DNA of 64,000 bases, taken from contig CATNEN010000001.1 in the NCBI GenBank assembly GCA_950097015.1, forward strand, positions 3,968,001-4,032,000, read 5' to 3'. The stretch's first letter is position 1. Each line of letters opens with the position of its first letter. This DNA is from Macrostomum hystrix (taxonomy: Eukaryota; Animalia; Platyhelminthes). The translations under genes were made by a program, and so were the position numbers. The notes below the pieces were generated by a model. The model saw nothing but the letters and a program-made list of their open reading frames with translations, did not search any database and was not told the DNA's origin. Shown here in pieces: positions 12,257 to 23,264 of the stretch.

Positions 12257-12592
12257 GAGGATCTGGGATTGTAACCAAACTGAGGATCTGGGATAATTGT
12301 CATTAAACTGAGGATCTGGGATTGTCACCAAACTGAGGATCTGGGATTGTCACGAAACTAAGAATCTGGGATTGTCACCAAACTGAGGATCTGGGATTGT
12401 CACCAAACTGAGGATCTGGGATAATTTTCATTAAACTGAGGATCTGGGATTGTCCCAAACTGAGGATCTGGGATTGTCACCAAACTGAGGATCTGGGATT
12501 GTCACGAAACTGAGAATCTGGGGTTGTCACTAAACTGAGGATCTGGGATTGTAACCAAACTGAGGATCTGGGATAATTGTCATTAAACTGAG
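12257..12592. repeat. ~25-bp minisatellite AAACTGAGGATCTGGGATTGTCACC (~13 copies; stray units at ~12715-12785 and ~14338-14392)
   Basis: Read directly. Confidence 0.95.
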
Positions 12593-12842
12593 CTTTAAAT
12601 TTTTATATATTGTTGTATCATTGTATCGTTGTGTCGTATCAATGTTGTATCATTGTTGTTGTGTTGTATCAGTGTTGTATCAATGCTTAGTTCATTTCAT
12701 TGTTTAAAACTTTTTATCTGGGGGATTATCACCAATCTGGGATTGTAACCAAACTGAGGATCTGGGATTGTCATTAAACTGAGCTTTAAATGTTTATATA
12801 TTGTTGTATCATTGTATCGTTGTATCGTATCAATGTTGTATC

Positions 12843-13445
12843 TGTAATAGGTCTATATTTTTCTGCATTATAGCTGGTGATGGTTTTCTTTTTATTTTTC
12901 TCGCGCTACAAAATTTTATTACATATTTTATATACATATAGTATATTACATATTATAAATATTTTATATACTTTATATAATTTAGTAAATATGCGTTATT
13001 AAAACAATATTGATAAATGCTATATAAGCATGAAGTTTTTCGTGGTGATAATACAACTCGCCAGTGAGCCAAGAAAGGCAAAATCTGAGAAAGAAGATCT
13101 ATTTGAATAAAGCAAACGTGTTGTGTTAGTTATTGAGGAAAGCACATTTAGTGCGAAACCGAGGATTGAGGCTGTGACCCTCTGATCCTGGAGAAACGCC
13201 CAGCAGAGACTGGAGAATAAGAGACCAGTGCCTTAGAGGGATAAACCGCTCGTGCCAGTGCAGAAGCGCTACCTAGGAGAATCTCACAACGTAAGAGTTG
13301 TGAAGTTAAAACGACCCTTTTCAGGGCCACCGAGTTAAAGACATACGGAGAATTTGAACAGTAGAGAAGGAGCTAAAAGAACAGAAGAGGCCAAAAGATA
13401 CGCTACCAAGGAAGAGAGAAAAGTAGAGTGACAAGCCCTGTTACA
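12843..13445. mobile_element. Solo LTR (603 bp), Gypsy-like
   Basis: TGTAATAGG...CCTGTTACA inverted termini. 4-bp TSD TATC at 12839-12842 and 13446-13449. Empty duplicate site AATGTTGTATCATTGTTG at ~12641. Confidence 0.85.
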
Positions 13446-13566
13446 TATCATTGTTGTTGTGTTGTATCAGTGTTGTATCAAGACTTAGTTCATTTAATTG
13501 CTTAAATTTTTTTAATCAACTAATACAAACCATTAAATAAATAAATAATTAAATAAATATATGCTC

Positions 13567-13667
13567 TTGACTTACTTGACTTAGCGGCAGGGAGCCTCCA
13601 TGACGGACGCAGCGAGGAGGCGGCCGGTGCCGCCTATATCGGAAGCTTAGACTTAGAAGCTTATCGG
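13567..13667 (-). mobile_element. Extremely 5'-truncated copy of the same LINE family
   Basis: 13567-13640 is nearly identical to 2017-2090. 11-bp TSD AATATATGCTC at 13556-13566 and 13668-13678. Empty site at ~14511-14535. Confidence 0.9.
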
Positions 13668-13708
13668 AATATATGCTCAGTTAAAGAGTGACTATAAGCA
13701 TGCCAAAC

Positions 13709-14018
13709 TTTATCGGGTCGGATTCAATTGAAAATCTATCTAGAAATGATTTCCTACACGACTGAGTTGGTTTCTATTCTCAAATGATTTCCACTCGAAC
13801 TTATTAACCTGGAAAGTCACCTAGAAAATTTTATCTTGACTCTGACTATGTCAGTACTATATGGCTGTCGTCGGTGTCCCAATAGATTTGAGCACAGTTT
13901 ATCGAGTCGGATTCAATTGAAAATCTATCTAGAAATGATTTCCTACACGACTGAGTTGGTTTCATGATTTTAAATGATTTCCACTCGAACTTATTAACCT
14001 GGAAAGTCACCTAGAAAA
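13709..14018. repeat. ~189-bp element, 1.6 tandem copies; inverted copy at 32961-33149
   Basis: GTCGGATTCAATTGAAAATCTATCTAGAAATG occurs twice. The reverse complement precedes the big satellite. Confidence 0.9.
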
Positions 14019-14694
14019 TCCCGGGCTCTATGAGCAATGGGATATTGCATGCATGCGACTTTCCCAGTGCTATTTTTAGAGCAGCACATGAACAAACAGA
14101 GCTGGGAATTGCCGTTCGAGCTGAGCATGACAGCTAGGACTGATAAGAAGTTTCTAGAACGGAAATCAGCGGAGCAGGGATAGAGACGTTTTCTAGCACC
14201 GAAAATGTAAAGGAAAGACATGCGTTCACGCATGTACATGTTGGCAATAAAGCTATTTAGAAAGCAGCGAAAAGTGACGTACAGTCACACAGTTTTAAAG
14301 CTCACCAGAACTCTAGAGCAGTGTCTCGTTGGCACATTGAGGATCTGGGATTGTCACCAAACTGAGGATCTGGGTTGTCATTAAACTGAGCTTTAAATTT
14401 TTACTTGTTGTATACCGACTGAACACATGCGGGATGAAGGCTTAGTTCATTTCGTTGTTTCAAACATTTTAATTAACTAATACAAATCTTAAAACAAATA
14501 TATGTCTATAAATATATGGTCAGTTAAAGAGTGACTAAGCATGCCAAACTTAACTGGTGCCTACGAGAGAAATCAACTAATGCGAAACTAAAAATTTAAA
14601 CTCTTTCTGTCTCAAATCTTTTCTTTGATCTCTTTCTGACTTCTCATGCCATTAATGGCATTAATGAAATTAATCGTAATTAAAATTTAAACAT

Positions 14695-14915
14695 TCTACT
14701 ACATCTCACTACCCCACTTCCCCTCACTCTACTGCATCTCACTACCACACTTCCTCTCACTCTACTGCATCTCACTATCCCACTTCCTCTCACTCTACTG
14801 CATATTACTACCACACTTACTCTCACCCTACTGCTCTCCCTCTCACCCTACCTGATCCCCCTTTCACCATACCTGCTCTCCATCTCACCCTACTGATCTC
14901 CCTCTCACCCTACTA
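14695..14915. repeat. C/T/A-rich ~31-bp decaying minisatellite (CTCTACTGCATCTCACTACCACACTTCCTCTCA-like)
   Basis: Read directly. Confidence 0.8.
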
Positions 14916-15399
14916 ATCTAGGGAATCTAGGGATTCTAGGGAAGGCACGGAATCGATTTTGGGACCTCCCTTAATCCAGATTGATCTCGACGAATTTTGA
15001 GTCCCTATGCTCTATGATAAATGTAGAGGAAATTGAAAATTAGAAGCAACCATGTTAATTTATATACTAGCTAGCTATTATACTAAGTTGTCATGCAGAG
15101 TCATATAATTTCAGTCTACATGAGCAGGTCTTTCGGAAAGAATGAGCTATAGGATATGACTGAAACAGTATCCTATCGTTTCTACTAATAGTAGCACATG
15201 GCGAATTAATCTTCCTCCAAATATTTTCGCATACGAAAAAAAAGTTGGAAAATGTAGTAGAAAATTTCGAAAATGATGCAAACAATATTTCCAAATTTAA
15301 GAGCAACTAGACATGTTAAAGGTGAAATAATATTTTTCTGCAACCATAAGTCACGTGTACTACACGAAAAGAAAAAAAACCGCGTAAAAAGTGATGTTT

Positions 15400-15536
15400 A
15401 CAAAACCGTGCGCCCAGGCGGCGGGAGGCGTATAGCAAGGGCGTATAGGAAAATCACCATGCGCCCCGGCGCCGGCTGGGCGTATAGCGGGGCGCACGGC
15501 GCCCCACTCTGCGCCCCAAAAAGCTGTCCCACCGGG
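15400..15536. mobile_element. Putative right terminus of an EnSpm/CACTA-like DNA transposon
   Basis: GC-rich patch with GGCGTATAG x3, ending ...GCTGTCCCACCGGG|TA exactly where Gypsy integrase homology stops. Partner end not found. Confidence 0.35.
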
Positions 15537-15800
15537 TAGTGGTACTGTCCACAATAGTGAGTACATAGCGGTGTCCTCGTTTACTCTCTTTGGAGATTGG
15601 GCCGATAATGTCAATGTGCAGCCGGTGAAATCGTTCACAAATTGGGAACTTCTGTACCGGCGCTTGCACTTTACTGCCGACCTTACTCTCTAGACACGGA
15701 ATACATTCCGAAATATACCGCTCAAGAGAGGTTACCAATCCCGGTTTCCTACGCATCGTGGCAAACAGCGTGACTCGACAAGTTTCAGCACGCTTGTCAA
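15537..15800 (-). pseudogene. Gypsy integrase fragment (HHCC Cys pair and start of the catalytic core)
   Basis: YISECIPC...RFHRLHIDIIGPISKESKRGHRYVLTIVDSTT. Confidence 0.85.
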
Positions 15801-15849
15801 GCAGGGCGCCGAGTTGGTCATCGATCGGCCCTATCGCATGGGCGATGGG

Positions 15850-16410
15850 CGTCGAAATGTACTGTCGGCATATGTGCACGCGCATCCCGACAAGCTAGAC
15901 CAGCTGGTGCCACTGTACGACACATCGCGTAACTGTGTCGTCAATGCGTATGGACGCCTGGCCAAACAACAGGCCAATCTTATGGTCGCCGACGACGTCA
16001 GAGGATGTTTCGAGACATTCTGTCACAATCGGCTTCTTGATCGTCGACATCAACAACATCCAACAGCCGAAAATGACACGAAGCGGCGTCGCTCTGCCTG
16101 TAGCGTTGATCTGGACGCAACCAACCGTTGTGCTGATGTCAACAACGTTTCGGATGAACGGCTATCCGGTGTGACATTGCCGCAAGGAGATGCCGATGCC
16201 GCAGCAGAATTGGTTCTGACCGCCGACCTTGACGACGATGTCGCAATGTCAATAAGTGATGTGCAGTCATCGCAATCTACTATACCTGCGACTGATGCTT
16301 TGCATGCATCTAGACGCTCGTATTGTATATGCACACACAATATATTGACTACGACAGTGTCAAGACACGGCCGATTGATCAAGGCGCGACAATGTCTGTG
16401 CGGCAATTGA
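15850..16410 (+). pseudogene. Probable Gypsy integrase C-terminal remnant in the opposite orientation
   Basis: LSAYVHAHPDKLDQLVP resembles the end of the integrase core. Terminal VSRHGRLIKARQCL resembles the TRSGR-type pol tail. Confidence 0.5.
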
Positions 16411-16477
16411 TTTCATTCAATTGAATTGGCTCGGCGTGCAACTCAGATTGGGCTGCTTTGTCTGTCTACTGGCTGAT

Positions 16478-16535
<58 letters not shown>
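16478..16535. repeat. (GGCT)n microsatellite
   Basis: Read directly. Confidence 0.98.
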
Positions 16536-16536
<1 letters not shown>

Positions 16537-16759
16537 ATAATCGACTGACTCACTTATAATAAATTCAGACTGAACTTGATTTAATCGATTGATTTAATAT
16601 ACGTTGATATAAGAATAAACTAAAAAAGTTAAACTTTTACGCGATTTGATTCTAAGCGATTTGATTTCACTACTGTCTATTCTTATTACATAAATTTTCG
16701 TTTTAAGTCTACTTCATTATTCTCAGGTTTTGCGCAATATAAATACAAACATAATATCT

Positions 16760-17915
16760 CAGACTGATCGATTACGATTACGTCGGTCTTGTAATAAGTC
16801 TCAACGCCAATGTACACCGCATAACCGCCAGTCAGTTCAGTTCATATTATTTTAATGATAGAATAAACAAGATAAGAAGTTGTGTACTATTAACGATTAT
16901 ACAAATAACAAACACTGAATTATTTTCATATTTTATTTATTTATATTTTAAAACGGATGAACGGTGCAGAGCAATGCTGACTGCTCACATTGCCGTTAGG
17001 CCGCACGTTAGCCAGCTGAAAGCATTCAGAAAAAAAACGGAAATCTGACTAACGTGCGGCCTAGCGGCAATGTGTGAGCAATAGCCAGCTGATATCTTAG
17101 CAGCTTCCATTGAAGGACGCGAAAATACATTCTACTGTTCAACCAGTATGTGACATGTCGCAGTATGTGAACCACGGAACCGTCACACCGAGTCACTATA
17201 TACACTACAATACCGTAGCAGTCCGGTGTGACTATGCTGTCTTCCATAAGAGCCTTCTTACCTTTTTACCACTGCCACATTATGCACAGATCTCAAGTAG
17301 TCAACGATCATAGTCGTTTTGACTTAAGAATACGTATGTACTTTCGCGAAAAAAAATTTGGCAGTGCGCAAATACTAATTATAGATGAAATGTCTGGCTA
17401 TATTCGCGAAAATACCATAGATATAGCCACGCTACTGAAAGATCTTTTGCAAAAATACTGCATACAATATGAATTATATGCAGTCGTTTTTTGTGTCTAT
17501 GGCCAAAAACGTCTGACTGTATTTTCAAAAGAAAAAATGTGGATACGAAGAAAAAATCGCGAAAAATCGAGCTGTACCAAGCAGATATGTCTATGTTAAA
17601 ATACGCACGATTTTATGCACTACATACCCAGTTTGCATGTTTTAATTGTCCATCTTGGCATATCTAGCAAGACGTGAGCGTATAATAATTTATTAGTCGT
17701 TTGTACTTTACTTTTTATAAGTTCTCTTTTCCGTCATTATTCTTATTTTACTTGATATTATATATCAGACTGATCGATTACTATTGCGTCGGTCTTCTAG
17801 TAAGTCTCAACGCCAATGTACACCACATAACCACCAGTCAGTTCATTTAATATACTAAAAATGTATATTATTCTAATGATAAAATAAATAACCAAGATAA
17901 GAAGTTATGTATTGT
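16760..17915. repeat. ~140-bp direct repeats (16760-16890 and 17766-17915) enclosing a long hairpin
   Basis: CAGACTGATCGATTAC...AAGTCTCAACGCCAATGTACACC appears twice, ~1006 bp apart. Inverted repeat at 16982-17080. Confidence 0.85.
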
Positions 17916-18132
17916 GAAAACTATAACGAACAATGTTTTTTTGTTTTTTATATCTTTATATTTTTTTTAATATAAGAGCACATTGTCCTTTGCAAGAGGA
18001 CATAAGAGCACATAGTTTCAAATTGTCCTTTGTCTTTTCCTTTGTCCTTTGGCGCATACACAATACACTACCACACCGGACACTATCACTCTCATCGTAT
18101 CGTATGTGCTGATATTAGTCGCAGCTCACAGA

Positions 18133-18520
18133 TCACAGTACACCGGGCTGCGGGATGAAAGATGGGTTTTAGGTTTCATTTAGTTTGTTAGCTCGGTTAT
18201 CAGATGTGTTATCGCAAATATTCAATTTAAAATAATAATCGAAAGTTACTACTTACATAAGGGTCAAGCCCCGCAGCTATGCGGCGAGCCCTGGCCATGC
18301 GTAGCATGGCCGCTCGGACCCGCCGCATAGCTGCGGCCATCACATCCTCCGCCCGGCGCCGTCCCGGCGTCCCGACCTCCGCTGCCGCCAACTCACTCGC
18401 TGCCTCACTCGCTTTCCTCAGTGCATCCTCCAACTCTTCGGCAGCGGAGGCAAGAACGAATGCCCGGAACGGCGCCGGGAACAAATGAAAGCTGCTGTTG
18501 TTGCTGCTGCTGCTTGCCAT
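18133..18520 (-). CDS. Small two-exon orphan helical protein, paralog 1 (exons 18520-18257, 18147-18133)
   Basis: FHLFPA.FRA.VLASAA...AMLRMARARR.AAGLDPY|PGVL*. GT-AG phase-0 intron at 18148-18256. Conserved with the 26276-26693 gene. Confidence 0.8.
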
Positions 18521-18989
18521 TATGCTGGTGCGCCGGGAACAAATGAATACTGCTGTTGCTGCTGTTGCTGTTGCTACTGCTGCTGCTGCTGCTGTGGCGT
18601 TGGTTGTGGGCTGATTTCTTGGCCGATAAGATATTTCTTGTTCTTAATACCCAGACTGGCCTGTATTCATTTGATTTGTCTGTGGACTGACTCACCTGTG
18701 TTTGATAAAATATACTCTATGGGGACTTTGATTAAAGTTATAATTTTTTAACTTAACTATTTTTTTACCTTAAGGCTGGCTTGATTTACTATCTGACTGA
18801 ACATGTCGTTCATTGCCCATCAGATGCAGTTAGTGCAAATGTATCTTCACCCGCACATATTTCAACTCTTTCTCAGCTGTCGCATAGATTGCATTGGCCG
18901 GTTCATAGCGCATCGAGGGTGCTTCGAGCAGCTACCTAGTTTGCAGCGCGGTGTTCCAAATGCTGAGTATAGCGCATGCTATGAGTATA

Positions 18990-21390
18990 TCTCATATTGT
19001 CCATGCATGACTTATCATCAGTAATTAAGCCTTGATTTTGAAGACATGTAATTGAGACCGACTGTTTTCTATAAAAGTATGAGATCTACGAGTACTTATA
19101 AGTGCTATACTATAAATAAACTAATAGTTGCTGCACATTATTTCATAAACTAAAAAACAAAAAAGCACACTTAACGTTGTTGCGAGTGCAGCCGTGGAAC
19201 TCTATTGACATGACAAGGAGTTCGTGAAGGTCGCTGTCGTTCTCTAACCTGCTAAACTCGGCCAGATGCAGCTAGCCGGGACGCTGGGCAAACTTGTGCT
19301 CGACGCTGACTGAAATTCCCATGCTGCAGAGGGTTAGATCAATTCATTTATCTCATTTTGAATTCCTAATGTGAATTTAAACTCAAACTGCTTAAGAAGA
19401 AAGTAACTGCATACCTGTACATCCGAGGTAAGAGCTAAGAGCGATGTCGATCGTCGGTACATTTTCTGCCGACCACCTTGCAACACACGTCTCAGGATTT
19501 TCTGGAACGGGGAAAACTAAAATTGGAATTTGACAGTATACAGTTTTTGCTTTCGGTTGAAATTTTATCCCTGTCAACTATGAATTTCAGCTACATTTCA
19601 GCAAGCCTTTAAGGGACAGATGCGATTATAGCCAGCTATTATATCAAGTCATTCTGAGAAGCTAAGCATGCATGCATGTTAAGTGCAGAAACACAAAGCA
19701 AGGTGCAATAGCTCAATAAATATGTTTGTTGTCGTTCAAAGCTAAAGCACTTTATAAATACTTATACATGCAGTGCATGTAATAAATAAATAAGTGTGAA
19801 AGAAATAAAGACACGAAGGCATAGATATCCAAGAATTCATCGGCGTTGGCGCGGCGCATCTTTTCTGCTCATCGGAATATATATAGTGCTCTGAAAGGCG
19901 AAAAGGAGTTTTATGACGCAAATGTGATAATTTAAATACGTAATTGGTATTTGCATGCACATGCACGTGCACCTTTAATAAATGCTTTATCCAATGGCAA
20001 CAAGGGCATGCATCCAACTCTAAGCAAATGCTTGGGGTTGGCTTATGGAATGAGCTGCATGGTTAAACACGAAGTGCGGCACGTACGAAAAAAGACTAAG
20101 GTTATAGCATTTAGCTACTGTCATTAAATGTGAGTGCATGCATTTTGCTTTATTGTAATATTGTGTTAGCATTTGTGGTGTGAATTGTAGCATGTTAAAC
20201 GACGTGTAGCTAATGGCTAGAAAGATATTTAGTTTTACCACCTAGCACCAATATGAACTTTTTAAGGAAAGTAAAACCTGCAAAACTGGGTATAGTTTGT
20301 TAGGACGTTTAAAGGCATATTTTAAGAATTATTAAAAAAACTGTCAAGATTTGCGAAGTATACAAATACGAAGTATACGAAGTATGCGAACTATGGTATA
20401 AAATAGCAAAAAGTACATGGTTTAACAAACCTTTTATTTATGACCGCCCGAAGGTAGGTGCCGGGGCGGGGTGAAGTTGGCAGATGCCCCGGCACCTACC
20501 TTCACCTTCCACACCACTCTGCCCTGGCTCACCGTGTGTGGCTCAATAAGCCACGGTGAGCCAGGGCCCTTCTTCGCCTGCTGCTCATGCTTCGCCTGCT
20601 GCTGCTGCTCGTTCGCCTGCTGCTGCTGCTCGTTCGCCTGCAGCTGCTGCTCGTTCGCCTGCTGCTGCTGCTGCTGCAGCTTATTTTCATTGTTCTGCAT
20701 TTTCCTGATGACACTACACATCTGCTGCTGCTCGTTCGCCTGCTGCTGCTGCTCGTTCGCCTGCTGCTGCTGCGGCTGCTGCTGCTGCTGCTGCTGCAGC
20801 TTATTTTCATTGTTCTGCATTTTCCTGATGAACGAAAGACTTCACGGTTGTCTGAACTAGATAGCTGAAATTAATTGGTTTTAATCAAATTCGTATCTTC
20901 GTATGAACAGATCTTTGTATGATTATCGATTTTTAAGAGCACTCGGCACTGAAATCTCAGAGGAATCAAATGAGAAGCAATCAAAAGAATCTCGAAGGAA
21001 TTAAACAAATAAAAGAAATTGAAAGACAGACGAAACAAATACTATTGGTTCGGCAAGAGTTTTTTCTATTTAAAAAATTCATCTGACTGGTGAGTTACTA
21101 AAGTTTCAATTGTAGCTCGAACATTTTTATCAGACTTATTTAAATGGCTAATAATAAGTTTTTCAGCCAATTAAGTATTCATCATTATTAAACAGGTCCT
21201 TATCACACTAGCTGGAATGGTAGCATTGTTGACTGGCTTAAGGCAGTACTACCTAGCAACTGCTTTCCTTACATCAGTGCATCTGAGAACTGGTCACATT
21301 GTAAGTGCTTGACTAATCATGATCCTTTTGTGAAGTACTAAACACCTAACCCAGAATTGATAGCTACTAGCTTTTTGAGTCATTGGTTTG
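18990..21390. repeat. Long direct repeat, copy 1 (>=2.4 kb; copy 2 at 61587-64000)
   Basis: Colinear high similarity starting TCTCATATTGTCCATGCATGACTTATC. Confidence 0.97.
20434..20820 (-). CDS. Poly-Gln orphan ORF (possibly first exon), paralog of 63094-63297
   Basis: CAG-rich, with an internal 120-bp duplication (MQNNENKLQ x2). Shared tail GPGSPWLIEPHTV.QG..WKVKVGAGAS.NFTPPRHLPSGG. Confidence 0.4.
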   Translation of the reverse strand: MQNNENKLQQQQQQQPQQQQANEQQQQANEQQQMCSVIRKMQNNENKLQQQQQQANEQQLQANEQQQQANEQQQQAKHEQQAKKGPGSPWLIEPHTVSQGRVVWKVKVGAGASANFTPPRHLPSGGHK

Positions 21391-21594
21391 TATTATACAG
21401 GTTTACAGGTTCAGTTTGTCTAAAAAGGTACTATGCATGCATTTTTTAACTACAAGGTTGTTCTGTTACTAAACATAGACTACCTTTGTATGTCAGACCC
21501 TAAAGTGTCATAAAAATTATAGCCATTCACTAGCTATTGACAGCTGTTGGTACTAGCTAGGGTTATTTGGTCTGCTGCATTCATGTGAGACAAT

Positions 21595-21810
21595 TTGTGT
21601 CCTTTAGCAAGACACTTAATTAACTCTGCATTGCTTCAGAGTTCACCCAGCTGTTAAATGGTACCCAAATAATTGAAGGTGGGTGTGGTGTCCCCCCAGT
21701 CCATGGACTGTACAGCTGTACGCAGTCTTCAGATGAGCCGGGCAATAGCTGCAGCTGTGCTGTCGGCTGCACATCTGGCCCGATTGGTGTACTCAATTAT
21801 TATTGCTATT
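21595..21810 (+). mobile_element. 5'-truncated SINE, family 1
   Basis: GTGTCCTTTAGCAAGACACTT...CACCCAGCTGTTAAATGGTACC core and (ATT)n tail. Copies at ~22205-22320 (-), 22926-23105, 28728-28943 and 58633-58832. Confidence 0.8.
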
Positions 21811-22436
21811 TTCATTCATGTACAAGGTTGGTTCTAAGCACTTTTGTTCATTGATTAGTAGCTCTGATTACTTTAGAAATGGAGGTGTAGTAATAAATCA
21901 GACGCTCTTGAAACAGCACCAGGTTAAGGCAAGTCAAGTTACTTGTACTGGTATCTAGTATTTGGTCCTACCATAGCCAGTGACCCCAGTGTATACTTTA
22001 GTTATTTGGTCTGGTTCAATGGTATTTAGCAGCTAGGGGTCGGCAATGAGCCAGTGGGCCACTTACAGAACCTAAAAGACGAAGGCTGTATTAAATGTAG
22101 GAATCTGAGAAAGGGCAGGGATTAGACATGGGATAGATGAGACAGGGGGGAATTAGGATGGGGGTTTGATTCCTAACTCTTCTGGTACAACTTTTGCCCT
22201 TTGGCATGGGCCAGATGTGTAGCCGACAGCACAGCTGCAACTATTGTGCGGCGCATCTGAAGACTGTGTACGGCTATGGACTACAGCCAGTACAGTCCAT
22301 CGACTGGGGGTAGGCTACAACCACTATAAGTTACCACAGCTAATACTGGTACACATATAATAGCTAGCTGAACTGAAGCAATTCAGAGTTAATTGCCTAT
22401 CTTAGAGGCACAAATTTCAAATTGTTTCTTAAAGAA

Positions 22437-22503
22437 ACAGGAGTCAGGAATCGAACCATCAACCTTCAAGATGCGAGTCTGACGCTCTAACTGCTGGGCT
22501 ACA
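22437..22503 (-). mobile_element. tRNA-derived SINE head (pseudo-tRNA)
   Basis: A-box-like TAGCCCAGCAGTTAGAGC and B-box GGTTCGATTCC. No proper acceptor stem. Confidence 0.65.
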
Positions 22504-22518
22504 ACACAGCTGTAAAAT

Positions 22519-22925
22519 AATAATAATAATGACACTAGACACAAGGGCCAGTGCAGGTGTTGTGTGTCAAGCACACTAGCAGGTGGGGAATGCACACCTA
22601 ATGTACTTCCCGGCCCTCTCGGACACCGGTTGACAGCCGCGTGTCAGCAATGGAATTTATTTTTTCCAAACATATCGGCAGCATCCAAACCCACTGAATT
22701 GCCGCACAGAACTGCTTTATTTCACGCCAGCCGGAATTATTATTCCCCGACGAAATGTCGGTACTCATTTGCAGCTGAGTAGACTGTGTGCACATCAGGG
22801 CAAAGCAGCTTGCCAAAGGCTGCACGAATAGTTCTAGACTAGGTCGGGAGATGAACCCAGGACCATCTGATCCAGAGTCCGACACCTTACAGACCGAGCT
22901 ATCCGCCCCTCTGTTTATCCGAGCT
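22519..22925 (-). mobile_element. Full-length tRNA-derived SINE, family 2, nested in a family-1 SINE
   Basis: tRNA-like head (GGGGCGGATAGCTCGGTC...GGGTTCATCTCC), TACTCAGCTGCAAATGAGTACC core and (ATT)n tail. 11-bp TSD AGCTGTAAAAT at 22508-22518 and 22926-22936. Confidence 0.8.
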
Positions 22926-23264
22926 AGCTGTAAAATGGGTACCAATATTAGCTATTTGAACTTAAGGTGGGTCTGGCATCCCTCAGTCCATGGACTGAAC
23001 AGCCATGTGCAGCTTTTAGATTCGAGCGTATGCTGCACAATAGCTGTGGCTGTGCTCTTGACCATACTGCACAATTGGCCGGATAGGTATAATAAATTAT
23101 ATTAATTACTTAGCCTATATATTATATATATGCTGTTATTTATTTTTTTGCTCTGTTTAATACATTTAAAACCAACAAGCTAACCAACAACTCTCTTAAC
23201 CACCTTATCCTTTTCAAACAGGTTAAGGAATGGCAAGATTCTCAATCTGCATGTACGAGAGCTT

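Noticed and set aside
13650-13663. 14-nt match GACTTAGAAGCTTA between the LINE-stub filler and ~30343
   Set aside because: Too short to exclude chance in 64 kb.
18485-20868. Poly-Cys/poly-Leu/poly-Ser ORFs
   Set aside because: Alternative frames of CAG/CTG microsatellites.
22437-22503. Functional tRNA gene
   Set aside because: Acceptor and anticodon stems do not pair properly, and it sits in a SINE cluster.
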